DNA of 64,000 nt from the human T2T-CHM13v2.0 reference genome, Homo sapiens: NCBI RefSeq assembly GCF_009914755.1, contig NC_060941.1; one strand, given 5' to 3'. Made by a program: the position numbers and the translations under genes. Positions 17,758-33,314 of this stretch are shown piece by piece (positions within the stretch are counted from its first letter, which is position 1; each line of letters begins with the position of its first letter). The notes under the pieces were generated by a model. The model was not told the origin of the DNA, did not search any database, and worked only from the letters and a program-made list of their open reading frames with translations.

Positions 17758-19519
17758 AATTACCCAAAAATCCACTCCTGACAGTTGCAACAGCGGGAGC
17801 TAGCAAAGAAGACTGGGGGTGGGAAACGTGTGTGGGGGCTCAGAGAATGGCTTCCTTTTATTCTCGAACTGAAGGAAGTGCTGACGGCAGGAAGCAAGGT
17901 GTCTCACAGCCTGACTAAGCCAAGAGCCACTGGAAGTAGGATCTGGAAGAAGCCTTAGAGACGTCTGTGTGAGCTCCTTTTGAGCTGCTTAGAGGCCTGG
18001 GTGTGGGATACCACAGTGAGATGTGCCAGTGGGATGTGCCAGCTCAGGGGAGGGGGCCATCAGGGCATCGCCCTCCCACCACTCCCTCTGATGGACAAGA
18101 GTTCTCCCTAGCCTCCAGAGGTCCTCACAGGGGCACAGTGAGAGATGGAGCCAACTTCCGGCGAAGTCAAAGGTTCTGGGACATTTAAGTCTGCCTGAAA
18201 ACTGAGTCCAGTCCATAGAAAGCTGACACATGACATAGGTTAGGAGAACGGAGCTCTAGCCTACTCTGCTCCCCTCCCAGACTTGCTGTGTGGCCCCTCA
18301 GTTTCCTGTACAGTGAAATGTACAACCTACCTCCAAGAACTATTACAAGGCTGAGTGAATAGCATGAGATGGGAAATGCTTTTACCAAAATCACTGCCAA
18401 TGCAAAAATAAGAGGTTTCTGTGCAGCCATGAAGAGTGGCCTGAGAAAGATAGCTGCATGCAAGGCTGTCCTTAACAGGCAGAGGAGTTTCCTAGGTCAG
18501 GTGAGAGTCAGTACAAAGACTGTGGTGGGAATCTAGAATGTGGCTAGGCAGCGATACTGATGAGATGGTGGGAAGTAGGAGGTTGGGCGTAGTGGCAGAA
18601 GTGTCACCTGTGTCCTACCACCAGACAGATGGACAGACTGACTGTGAGCTCAGAGCAGGCAGTAGAGTGTGTAACCTCCAATTTACAAACATTTTTAATC
18701 ACACACCAAAAAGGAAAAGCATTCTGCTTTCTTTTTGGAGTAACATAAATCCAACCCCGTTCCCCACCCACATCCTTTTAAGTGTATTTCTTTTTGTCTG
18801 GTAGTCCTCAAAAGCCATTGGCTATTTTTCAGATCCTAGAGCTCAGATTGCCTTAAATCGCTTGAGAAAGGAGAGTTTTTTCATCTTTCTTTTTGGAACT
18901 AAGACTTTAGAGCAAAGGAAAAGGTTCTTCTGGGTTTCATTTGCATTTGGAAGCCCAGGTTTTTGGGAAAAAAACACTCTCAAGAGCTTATTACTATTAT
19001 AAATGTTTAGCCATGTGATTTTTCCTCAAGAGGGCACCCAAAACTTTTCATACCAACTCCCATGGATAGCAGTCCCCTTATGCTGAATTATGGTGGGAAA
19101 GGATTAAGGTAGGACATTTCTTGAGCATTTTTTTCCTATTCTGGGCTCTCTCCTTTGCCATCCCACTCTCCACTACAAAACTTTTCCCTTCCCTTTTGTC
19201 TCACTAACCATGGAAAGTCCTCCAATCCTTGGAGGTCCTCAGAAGCCATTCTTCCCACCACTGGAGCTGACTTTCTTCCCTCTCCTGGACTGAGCAGGAA
19301 GACCGATTCATGAGAGAGCTCCTCTAAAGGAATTCAGGCTGGGCCCTGAGACAGGACATCATGGAGTGGACTTTGGAGTGGCCACAGTAGTCCAGATCTG
19401 GTCCTCAGCAGTAGAGTCCAGAAACTTGGTTGGGCCAGGACATCCAAAAGTTGTCAGCCTCTCAGGACTGATTCAGGCTAACCAAATTCATTGATGGGCA
19501 ACCAGAATGCCATTTCCTG

Positions 19520-20410
19520 AATAATATATCTACCAAAAGACTGGTATCCAAAATATGGAAAGAGCTCTCAAAGCTCAACAATAAGAAAACAAGCAACCCA
19601 ACTTTTAAAAAGCAAAAGACACTTTACTAAAGAAGATATACAGATGGCACTTAAGAACATGAAAAGATGCTCAACATCATCATTCAATAGAAGACAAATT
19701 AGACACACAATGAGGTGTCACTACACACTTGGCATACATACAAACAAACACAACACAAAATCTGACAATATCAAGTGCTGACGAGGACATAGAGCACCTA
19801 GAATGCTCACACATTGCTGGTGGAAATGCAAAATGGAACAGCCACTATGAAAAACAGTTTGGCAGTGTCTTACAGAGCTAAGCATGTGCTTCCTATATGA
19901 CCCAGCAATTTCATTTCTAGGTATTTACCCAAGTGAAAGGAAAACTTTTGTTCACACATACATAAAAAAACTCTACATGAGGATTTATTTGCAATCACCA
20001 AAACAGGATACAACCCAAATATCCTTCAACTGAAGACAGATAAAAATTTAAATTTAAAAACCTGTGATACATCCATCCAATGGAATATTACTACTAAGCA
20101 AGAAAAAGGAACGAACTACTGAAGTGTGAAACGATATGGATGCATTAAGATAAGTGTGAGAAGCCAGATGGAAAAGGCAGCTTATTGGGTGATTCCATTT
20201 ATTTGAAATTCAGGAAAAGAAAAACCACAGGGACAAAGAACAGATCAGTAGTTGTCTGCATTAAGGGAAGAAGAGTTTGTGGATTTGGCTACAAAGTGGC
20301 AGCATGAAGGAGTATCTCGATTGTGTTCATGATGACACAACTCTAAGTATTTGTCAAAATATATAGTGCTCTACGTCAAAAAAGTAAATTTTACCCTAAA
20401 TTTGAAATAA
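19520..20410 (+). mobile_element. Old L1M (MC/MD/ME-like) ORF2 3' end and 3' UTR
   Basis: Degenerate L1 motifs aaagaagatatacagatggc, atgacccagcaattt, caatggaatattact. Confidence 0.8.
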
Positions 20411-20694
20411 AAATAAAAGGCATTTATAATGACTACTTTGGGGAGAGTTTAAAAAAAACAAGGTGGGAATAAAATACTAGACAAAAATAACTTGGTAGAT
20501 GAGAGAGATAATTAGAATGTAAACATTTAAAGTCCTGATTTTGCCGAGGATAAAGGTAAAGATATTGATTAATTTCAGACTTTTGGAACAAGGATGCTTT
20601 TAAAAATGGAAGGGTAACCACTAAAAAAACAGAAATAATATGTATAATTTTCAAACTAGTAGAGACTATGAAAGAAGTAAGAGAAGAAACAAAT

Positions 20695-20965
<271 letters not shown>

Positions 20966-21468
20966 AAGCAAATGAAAAGTGTAGCAACAGCAAATCAGTA
21001 GGTAAGATGATAGAAATAATCCAAATATATTAGTGATCACAATAAATGAAAAGATGAAATACGTCTGTAAAAAGATTATATTTTTTAAAAAAGGTCCAGC
21101 TGTATGATGTGTACCTAAAATATAACGACATAGAAAATTTGCAAGCAATGAGTTGAAGAAGAGATACACAAAGAAACTAACCAAAAATAAAGCTAGTATA
21201 GAAATATTAATATCCAACAAAATGTACACCCTTTATCTAATGCCTACTGTATGCAGAGCCCTGTCTGAAGCCTGTGAGATGACACAGGAGAAACAGAAAC
21301 ATGACTGCTACCCTAGGGGATTATAGTTAGGGGCTGACCAATGATTCCAAATCATTTTATTTAATCAACAAATACTTGTTCAAAAACTGTGCAAATCCAA
21401 AAACATGATATTTCTAAAATGAGGATAAGGGAGTGGGGCATAGTTGGAATTCCAAAAATAAAAATAGG

Positions 21469-21770
<302 letters not shown>

Positions 21771-21773
21771 TCA

Positions 21774-22287
21774 GTGTAGTAGTTGGTTTTCAAAGATACC
21801 CCCAATGAACCATGCCTCCCAGTGTTCATGCCCTTGTTTAGTCTCCTCACACATCAAATCTGGACTGGCCCTGTGACTCATTTTAATAAACAGGATGTGG
21901 CAGAAGAGAAAGTATGCTGATTCTGGGCCAATTATTGAGGTCTGGAAACTGCTTTTGCACTTTTGGGAAGAAAGCTGCCATACATCAAGTATAGCTATGC
22001 TGCTGTCTAGACTGTGTGGAGAAGCCACATGGAGGAAATGCCATGAGTTGATAAGGAGAGGAAAGAGGTCCAGCCATCTCAGCAGATCCCAGCCTTCCAG
22101 CTGTCCCTGCCAAGGTGCCAGACACTCTAGCCAGCCAAGTCCTTGAAGGTTGCAGTTCCTGTCAGTATCACATGCAGCAGGACTGAGCAGTTGAGCCCAG
22201 TGAACCTGCAGGATCATGAAAGATAATGAAGTGGCTACCATAAAACCAGAAATTTCTGGGAGTAGTTATGCAGTTATAGATAACCAA
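21774..22287 (+). mobile_element. MLT1-family MaLR LTR
   Basis: tgtagtag...aaagataccccc start; tagttatgcagttatagataacc end. Confidence 0.7.
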
Positions 22288-22631
22288 AAGAATCTCTTTC
22301 AGTGTGTGCTAGACCCTCTGCTAACTCATCATTTTCATCAATGATGTGATTTAATCCTTTCAAACATACTTAGAGGTATGTATAACTAACTCCCATTTTA
22401 TAAATGAAGAAACTGAGGCTTGGAAAGAATGCCACATGGCTAATAAAGAATAGAAGCAGGGCTTGAATCAAGGAAGTCTTGATAAGGGACTTCACACTCT
22501 CAACCACTGCATTATGTGGCCAAGTGGGAGAGCTGAGGGATGAAAAACACAAGACATTTCACAATAAATCATGATGTCTATATGAGCACCCTTTAAGCTT
22601 TCTATTCCTTGTCTTTCTTCATCCTGTGCTA

Positions 22632-23054
<423 letters not shown>

Positions 23055-23244
23055 TCAGTTGTCACTTGAGAAAATGTAAATGCTACATCTGCTCACTGCC
23101 TGTCTTTTCTTCCAGACAAAGAACATATGTTCTTGACAAGGGAGTGCGCCTTGTTCCCCACCCACAGTCACCACTGGAGAAGCTTGAGTTTTGGAGAGGT
23201 GGGGACTGGCTGAATTCTCTTTTTTTCTCTTTTTCTCCTTTTTG

Positions 23245-23515
<271 letters not shown>

Positions 23516-23898
23516 CTGAGTTGGTATGGGCTCTCCTTTCCCCATATCCAAGGCAAGCTTCCAGGATTCTTCTGGGACATCAGGTGTTAGGGACCATCTT
23601 AGTCCCTACCTCAGTTTCACACATGAGAAAATTGAAGTCCACAGAGGAGGTGTGGCTTCATCAAAAACCCACTGAGAACGAGTGTTAGAATCAGGCTAGG
23701 ACACATTGGACTCCTCCTCCAGGGCTCTCTGACATCCAAGGCCCTTTGAAATCTCTCTCCAGCTGCAAACAGATTTCTAGACTTCTGATGGAGGTGATCT
23801 GAGATGAGCAGCCTCTAAAAGCAGCCTCTGCGAGCCTCTAAGAGCAGCCGGGACCTGCTGGAGAACAGAACATGGCCTAGGAGCGCAACAGCCAAGTG

Positions 23899-23919
23899 TT
23901 CAGCACCACGGACAGCTTC
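23899..23919 (+). promoter_or_regulatory. REST/NRSF binding site (RE1/NRSE)
   Basis: TTCAGCACCACGGACAGCTTC versus consensus TTCAGCACCACGGACAGCGCC: first 18 nt identical. Confidence 0.85.
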
Positions 23920-24392
23920 GCTGGCCTATTGTTGGGGAGGCCAGAGGTGGGGAGGCTGGTTGTCCAGCAAGACAGAGTGCCATGGGAGAGAGAAAAAAAC
24001 ATGGGAAAGATCTCAGAGACCATCTAGTCCAGCCTCCTCGATTTGGATGGGAGGAGACCCAGGACAAGAGAGAAGTGACTTGTCCAAGGTCACACAACAA
24101 GTCAGTAGAGAGCCAGAGATGGGAGCTGACAGCCTACTTCCTCACACCTCTTCAAGGCCCTCAGATACCTGGTGTCCATGACTTATTAGTGGCACAGCCA
24201 GACCTTGATTAAGGGCTCCAAAATTAAAATTACCTGTCCTTGGAAATGACAAGAAAAGAAAAAAGGAGAAATCAAAGAAATGGAAAGAGCACCCGGCCCT
24301 GATGGGAAGGTCTGTGATTTGGCCTCTAACTGCAAGGCTTTGACAGGAGCTTCCTACTTTCCAAGGTGATGTGGCCTTTCAGAAACAATTTA

Positions 24393-24406
24393 GTTACCAT
24401 GGCAAC
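24393..24406 (+). promoter_or_regulatory. RFX X-box
   Basis: GTTACCATGGCAAC, a full match to GTTRCCATGGYAAC; a second partial site ATCTCCATGGCAAT starts at 24422. Confidence 0.7.
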
Positions 24407-25059
24407 CTCATTCCAGGTTTCATCTCCATGGCAATTCACTGGAGTTTTTCACCCTCCGGTAAGTACATGTGTGATGGCCCAGACATGTATCCCAGAAACA
24501 TTAATATAAAATCACATTTTTAGAAGTGGAGTATCTCATTATCCTAGTCTGCAGCCAGAGGAATAACAAGGCATGTTCTCGGGTGGGCAGGGCCCAGGGC
24601 ATAGTGGAAGGATGTCTCTGGGGGCAGCTCTGCCTTCTCACTGCAATTGCAAACCTGTCCCAGTCTTTACAGCTAGTGCATCTCAACCTCCCATGGGTAC
24701 AAATGATTTCTCCTTTTCTGCATCCTCCCTGGTGCCCTGCTCATGACAAAGCCTGAGTGTTGCCTGTGCTGACAAGAAGTGCTGGGACAAGGAGAGAGAA
24801 AGCTGGTCCTTCTGACTATGACTTCTGTGGCACCCCAGGGCTCCTGCTTCCCTGTCCACTGTGCCCCAGATTGGGGCACCCTGGAGCAGTTCCCAGCTTT
24901 TGTGTTGGACCTTGCTTGTCTGATCTGTGGACTGTGGGCTTCCCCCTCAACGTGACCTAATCTGCCATCCAATTTCCAGGAAATCCTCGTGGTTTCTGCT
25001 CCACCCAGGGCACCCCTTCTGTTTTCCAGCAATGCTATGCCTTCTCTTTGTTCTTTGTT

Positions 25060-25363
<304 letters not shown>

Positions 25364-25723
25364 TGACTTTTCTTTAATATGTCCTGCTGTTTATAATGAT
25401 GCAGGGCTGGAGTATTTAGCCCACCATCTTGACCTAACCTTCTCTTTCTTTCTCCACTTTTAATGTCTATAAATAACCATCTACTAATCTACTTATAATA
25501 TGTCTAACGATGGATCATTTCTCTCCTCCTCATCTTCTTCATCATCGTCACCAGTAGCAGTAGTACTATTTCGTGATTGAGGGATCACCACAGAGTAAGA
25601 AGTGCTCACAAAAATGTTCCATCAACATCTCAAATAATGAGACAGAAAAATCAAGGCATGGCTTCATTTAAAAAATGTAATTGAGAGTATGAAATGTACT
25701 AGCTATGTACCTTCTCAGACCAC

Positions 25724-26153
<430 letters not shown>

Positions 26154-26639
26154 CTTGAGCAATTTGTGCCTTGTTTCATTAAGTGGAGATGACAATAGCA
26201 CCTGCCTTGCAAGAATTATTTGATGTGGCCGATGAGAAAAATCAGAATTATGAAAAGTGCTTCACACCATTCCTGGCATGTGAAGAGCCCTCTCTAAATG
26301 GCCATTATGCTAATTAGCACCTTAAAGGGAAATCATTTTCATGAAATTTTATTTGAATCTGGCTAGAGAAAATGCTCACCTTCTTCCTTGTGTTTTGCTT
26401 ATTTGATTAAATGTCTTTGATTTCTGTGATGTGTGAAGTCCCTTGAAAGCAGGGCTGTGTGTCCAACAAAGGTTTGTGGCCTTCCCGCAGTGAATTGTGT
26501 GGGAAATACAAACACAGGGAAGACAGTTCTGGTCCTCAGGGGAAGTGTAGTGGGGAAGACGGACATGAGAACCTAACCATAACAGGATGCAGAGCGAGGC
26601 ATGTGCCATGCACTGTGGCCGTGTTACCTCCTGGTTTGG

Positions 26640-26830
26640 AGTGTGAGCTCAGACACCAGTCTGCCTGGGTTTGGATCCCAGCTCTGCCACTTATTGGCTG
26701 CACAACCTCAAACAAGTCTCTTACCCTTGCTGGGCTTCAGTTTCCTCAAATGTAAAGTAAAAATGGTAACAGGAGAGTTAATACATGAACAGAGGCTAAC
26801 ACATAGAAGGGCTCAATCAACATTAGCTGT
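26640..26830 (+). mobile_element. MIR
   Basis: ctgcctgggtttggatcccagctctgccactt...gggcttcagtttcctc core. Confidence 0.75.
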
Positions 26831-29689
26831 CATTACCAAGATATACGAAGATAGTATGGAGGGGATATGTGAGAAGTGATTATAATTCTGTTTCATGGGT
26901 GAGGTTGTACTTGAGCTTGGTCTTGGAGGGTAAGTAGTTCTCAAAGGGCGAAGAGAAGGAGAGAGGCATTTTGGGGGAAGCAGAGCAGCAGGAACAGAGG
27001 CATGGAGTGTGAACTCTGCAGTGTTCTCTGGGTACAGCATGGGGGCTGGATCACAGGTGCATGGAGAGAAATACTGGGAAATGGGCCGGTGCAGAGGGTT
27101 TAGGACAGCCCCTAGGAGGTCTTGAAAACTGGCTCAAGCATTCAGACAGTTCTGTAGACAACAGAGACTGACTACAGGCTACTGGAGAGAAGCAACATGG
27201 TGCCACCTGTGTTCTGGGCAAATCACCTTGGTGGCAGTGAAGGAAAGATAAAGAGGGGGGTAGGGGGCCCAGAGACCATTTGGGGGCTATAGCACAGCCC
27301 AGGCAAAAATGTCAAGAGCTTAAGCAGGGAGGTGGCCAAGAGGGAGAGCCACTGTGAACACAGAATCCGACAGGCTTGGTGAAGGAGTGGGCAGAGTCAG
27401 ACAGGGTTTCCTGGTAGGTGGCTGGGAAGATGACAGTGGTGATGCTCTTACAGAATCAGGACCCTGGGAAGAGGACCAGCCTGGGATGGGGGCCTTCTTC
27501 AGCTTGGGGCATACGGCATGGCCCAGTGCAGACCCTTGTATGTCCCTCACTGCTGTTCCTTCTCTTCAGCTCCAACAAGCCCCATAGAGCACCCTGCACC
27601 AGTCAGGCACTCAGTGAATACCTCTGAGTAAGGAACCACAGGGAAGGAGGCGTCCAGAGACCTCCCTGCTCCAACTTCCTCCATTCCAGACCCAGCCTCT
27701 TCCTCTCCCTCCGCACTGTGGACACCCCTGAACATCTCCTCCTGTTTCTGAATCTTTAGGGAAAAAATGTCCCAACTCTGTCTCTCAGCACTGCCTCCTT
27801 TCTCTGCCCCAACCCACTGAATGTGTGACTCATTCCCACGCTTACATCCTAAAGCCCTGCCTGGGGTGTCCCTCCATGCGGGGACCGCTGGAGCAGAGAC
27901 CATCACCATCATAACACCCTCCACCAGCCACCCAGCCCCTGCCATGGGAAGAGCACTGTGCCAAGCTCATCAATCACCATCAGATCCTCTCGACAAACAC
28001 AGAGGATGGGCTTTCTGATTCCCATTTTAGTGTGTGACTCAGAGAACTTAGTTGGCTTGCTCTTGCGCACACAGCTGGTTCTGTGTAATCATACAGCTTG
28101 AACAGGTCCCCTGCCCTCTGCCTGCCTTCCCCACCAGCACCTCTACAATGGCCATGCAGATCTTCAGGACACAAACAGAAAGCAGGGGCTACCTGAGACT
28201 GGAACATCAGGGCATCTCTTGGGATCAGCACCACCTGCAGTCATTGAATGCAGAAGGGCCTTCTAATCCTGGGACCTGTCCAGACCCCCAAGGATTCTGA
28301 TGTAATTGGTCTGGGGTGCAACCCCAAAAGCAGGACTTTTAAAAGCTCCTCCAGGTAATTCTCATGAGGTTGAAAAATGATTGTTCTAATGGGTCCTACC
28401 CTGAAAGCATCCCTGCCGACACCTGCCCCCCACCACAGTCACCGTGGACCTGCTCTGCTGCCTCCGTACTGAGCTTCTCATGCTGGATGCAGCCGGGCCA
28501 TGGCACAGGTCCTCACAGCCACCGGCCTCCCAGGAGAAGCGGAAGCCGATCTCGCTCTGGCTCCCCTCCACTCTGGCTCCCTTTTCTGACTCCAGATACT
28601 TCTCTCCATCCACCTTCCCAGGTTTCCAGAGCCTTCTTATGGTCCAAAGCTCCCCCTCTCCACAAGGGGAACACTCTAGCTGCCCTTCTGGAGAGGACTG
28701 AAGACCCCAAGTTGACTCCCTGGTCCTTGTGCCCCCTGGGGGGCCACTGAGAGCCGGGCAGGGAGGCTGGCTGGTGTCAGCAGGAAGGAGGGTGGTGGGC
28801 CAGGTGGCAGAGTGGCCAGAAAGGAGGCAGCCTTCAAATGCTGGTTCCGCCACCTCCTCCCACTGGGCTGTTTCCCCTATGTCACAGTGAGAGAGCTGCA
28901 CAGGACCCCAGCCCCACCCTGCAGAGGAGCCAGAGTTGCTTTCTTATGCCTGGAGACCCTAAACAACCGTGGAACGATCAGGCTTCCCTGCTCCGGGCTG
29001 GGACCAGCCTCTGTCCTGATGGCCAGAAGCTCTGATGAGCAGGTGTAGACAGCAGACAGTTTCCTTATTCAGCAATAAGGACAGTGTGCTTGGTGGATAA
29101 ATGCCTTAAACACGGAAGAGTTCACGGGAATCAAAACAATGAAAGAGGCTTGGCAAATAACTTCAAACCAGTGAGATGGGTCCCCCTCTGTGGGGACTCC
29201 CAGGCCTGGCCTGAAGATTTGAGTGTATAGGAAGGCATGAGGTCCCCCAACTCTCCCATTGCAAGAGAGGTGCTTGTTACCTTTCGCGATCCCCTTGCCC
29301 CCTCTCTGGTGCCCACTTTCTCACTCTGCATCCCTCAACTCCCACCTCTGCCCCAGCTGCCCTGGTGATGTGCGGGGTGGGGGAACAAAAAACACAGGCT
29401 GTGCAAGCAGACACCGGGGGTCAAATCTCCTGGCTCTAGCTGGCTACAGCTAACCTCTCTGAGCTTCCAGTTTCTCATCTGTAAAATGACGATCATCCCC
29501 AGCATAGAGTGGTGCTGGAGGATTAAGTAATGAGATAATATCTGTAAAGCACTGTGCTTAGTGATGGAGATCAGTAAATGTGGTTCCATCCCACGGCTGT
29601 CCTGCCTCATCTCCCCCATCATCTCAAAACAGGTACAGCTTCCATCCTAAAGCATTAAGATGCTTCCTGCAAAAAGATCTCAAGAAAGA

Positions 29690-29988
29690 CCAGCCGCGGT
29701 GGCTCACGCCTGTAATCCCAGCACTTTGGGAGGCCGAGGTGGGTGGATCACCTGAGGTCAGGAGTTCAAGACCAGCCTGGCCACAATGGTGAAACCCTGT
29801 CTCTACTAAAAATGCAAAAATTAGCTGGGAGTGGTGGTGGACACCTGTTATCCCAGCTACTTGTGAGCTGAAGTAGGAGAATTGCTTGAACCTGGGAGGC
29901 ACAGGTTGCAGCAAGCCGAGATCAAGCCACAGCACTCTAGCCCAGGCGACACAGACTCCATCTCAAAAAAAAAAAAAAAAAAAAAAAA
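29690..29988 (+). mobile_element. AluS
   Basis: Alu consensus. Confidence 0.95.
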
Positions 29989-30497
29989 CTCAAGACAGCA
30001 GAGGAGAGACGCTGCAACATGAGGACTCCAGCCACAATCAGTCGTCAGCTGAGCTTTTGCATCAAAGCCTGTCTGCGAGGCAGGGGTGTGCACTGGAGCC
30101 GCTCCACTCACGTGGACGGGGGCTCAGAGACCCGGAAACAGCATTATGCCCCATAATAGGGGATCAGTGATGTTTGCATAAAAGAGAACCAGGTACAAGC
30201 CTGAGAAGGATGGCTTATGTGGATATTAGTTACTGACATGAACCTTTGTCATCATACACTGATAAGTGAAAAACAGTATCACGGTATACGTTCAAAGTGG
30301 TGCATATGCTAGAATAACATTTTCTGGAGAAAATCTCAAACCTAATTCTATCGATCCCTCAAAATATGAAAGGCTGCATGCCAAAGGATTAATAGTGATT
30401 CCTTCTAGGTTGCAGGAATGTGGCTACTGTTTGCCAACATTTTTCTTTTTTTTGTTGCTATAAATGTTAATTACTTGTATCATCGCTTTAAAACATA

Positions 30498-30790
<293 letters not shown>

Positions 30791-32445
30791 AGGAAAAATA
30801 TAATAAGGACACACTCCATGGCTTCTGCAGTCTCTTCTGAGCTGATAGTCAAGGTCCTGGCATGGCTTGGCTCTCCTCCAGTGCTGGGTTAGGGGCTCTG
30901 TGACCCAGTGCCCCACCCTAGCCTGGCCTAACTATATCCTTTGCTGACCTTGAACCCCACACAGATCCTGGCAAAGCTGCATGGCTCCATGAATACATGT
31001 ATGTACATGTAGGAGCTTTTCATGCACTTTCTCACTTAAACTTTCCAACCACCTAGAGAGCTCAGCTAGAGTACCTCACTTTACAGATGAAGAAACAGGC
31101 CTTGGAAGGTGAAGCGACTTTCTCTGATGACTGGAAAGTGTGGAGGGAAGTCCTGCACCCGGACCTGCCTGTATCAAAGACTTGTCTCTCACGCCTCAAG
31201 CTCTGTGGTTCTGTGCACACCTCACCAGGCCCCCACTCACCCATCTAACATGTGTTTGTTCTGTGTGCATGTTTTTCTTCTGTGTTCTGGGCCACACCTG
31301 TTGGGCACCTCTCCCTCCCCGGCAAGGGGGAAGCTTTAGGAAGTAGAGAGAAAGGCAGGGCACAGGGCCTGGCTCTGAGGAAGGGTCACACTTACAGCCA
31401 GGCCTGAGGCTGGTGGGGTAGGCAGAGGGCACAGGGCACGTGGGGGAGAGGGGGGACCTTCCCAAGACAGGGAACTGTCTCAACCATAATCACCCTCAGT
31501 GTTGCTGCTTCCCCGCTTTATGTTCCTATAGAGACACCCGGAGGGGACAGCCTGCTGTGGTGGGCACTGTGCTGGGCCCAGGCTGTGTGCTGACAGAACC
31601 CTGGGGCTGGGCTGGGGCAGGAGGCGAGACCCTGGCTTCCTGCTTTGCTTCTCCCGCCACCCGCTTCTTCCTCCTCTCTTCCCTTCTCCTTCCATCCCAT
31701 CTTCTCCCTGCTGTCCTTTCATATGCTTCCTCTTCCCCCTTCTTTCTCCTCCTCCTCCTCTCCCTTCTTCATTTCTAGTCCAGCTATAGTGGGAAGAAGT
31801 CCCTGCAAGGAGCTCTGGCTCTTGGCCAAGAGGGAAGGAGAACCTGGGACAGGAAAGGATTCCCAGCAAAGGGTTGCACACTGGGCACCCCGAGCCCTTG
31901 CTGAACCTCAGCTTTGGAGCACAAGGTGGAATTCAGGTTTGTCAGCCTCCCCAGCTCAGCAGGGAACCAGCAGTCTGCACAATGTGACCGTTGGTGACGG
32001 ATGTTGGCCTCTGCCCATCTGGCTGCATTGCTGTCAACATACAGGTTCCATGTCCCGGGCTTTCTGCCCAGGCACTCCCCTGCAAAGTGAGCCCCAGGAG
32101 AAACCCGGGTTTACAGCTGCTCTGTAGCCCCAAACCCTGTACCCCACTGGCTGACGCTGGCTACCCAAAAAGAAATTATTGAGGCACAGAGGATGGCAGC
32201 ACTCAATCTCCCGTGTGGACGAGCGTCTCTGCAGTCATATTATTAGCATCTCGAGGGCAGAGCCTGAGTTGCCTTCACCTCTGCAACTTCCTTAGCACCC
32301 AGCATTAGGAGAGCGACATAAGACACACCTAAAAAATACTGGCACTGACATGCAAACCTAGGTCTTGTACGTCAAGTTTATTAGGAGTGTAAAACTTCTT
32401 GTAGTATTCCCTCTAACTTAGCCAGGTGGGAAAGTGTCAAATAAA

Positions 32446-32529
32446 AAGGACTTCAGTGGGATTTCTGAGTAGCATCCTTGGAATCTGCACTCAAGGGATG
32501 CTACTCGGAAATCCCACTGAAGTCCTTTT
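32446..32529 (+). ncRNA. MIR5089: microRNA 5089 precursor hairpin
   Basis: ~37-bp near-perfect stem (32444-32480 / 32492-32529, one G:U and one bulge); matches pre-miR-5089 as I recall it (5p about 32456-32476, 3p about 32498-32520). Confidence 0.88.
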
Positions 32530-32691
32530 AATTAAATGTGTGTGCATGTGTGCAACCCACATGTGTACACGTATACCTTGCCCCCAAAACTGGAATGCCG
32601 GATGAGGGCCATTTCTGCTGTACCCACTGCCTCTGCCACTCATTAGCTGAGTGTGACCTTGAGCCCATTATCTAACCACACAACCAGATGA

Positions 32692-32890
<199 letters not shown>

Positions 32891-33172
32891 CTCTGTTGCT
32901 TCGTTGTTGAAAATTGTTGAGATCTAGCGTTCCCCATGGGTTAAACTCTCCTTATCCATGGACTGGAGTGCACTTATCATGGGATCTCAAGTCTAAGTAA
33001 TAGAACTATGACTGCAAGGGTGAGCAGGCGCTGCCTCAGAACACCCCGCAATGCTGTCATCTCAGAGGCTGGGACACCTGCCCCGTCTGCCGAGCTGGGG
33101 TTTGCTGTCCTGGACACCCCGTGTATCTGCTGTGATCTTTATTGACAAGAAAGAATCTTGCTTTCTTGACAA

Positions 33173-33314
33173 GAATCTGCACTCAAGAGATACTACTCGG
33201 AAATCCCACTTAAGTCCTTTTTATTAAATGTGTGTGCATGCGTGCGACACATGTGTACACGTATACCTTTCCCCCAAACTGGAATGCTGGATGGGGGCCA
33301 TTTCTGCTGTACCC
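33173..33314 (+). repeat. Direct copy of the MIR5089 loop, 3' arm and flank (32481-32625)
   Basis: About 92% identical by manual count; lacks the 5' arm. Confidence 0.95.

Noticed and set aside
24463-24490. Two CATG-core p53-like half-sites near the X-box
   Set aside because: Both deviate from RRRCWWGYYY and are separated by a long spacer; too weak to call
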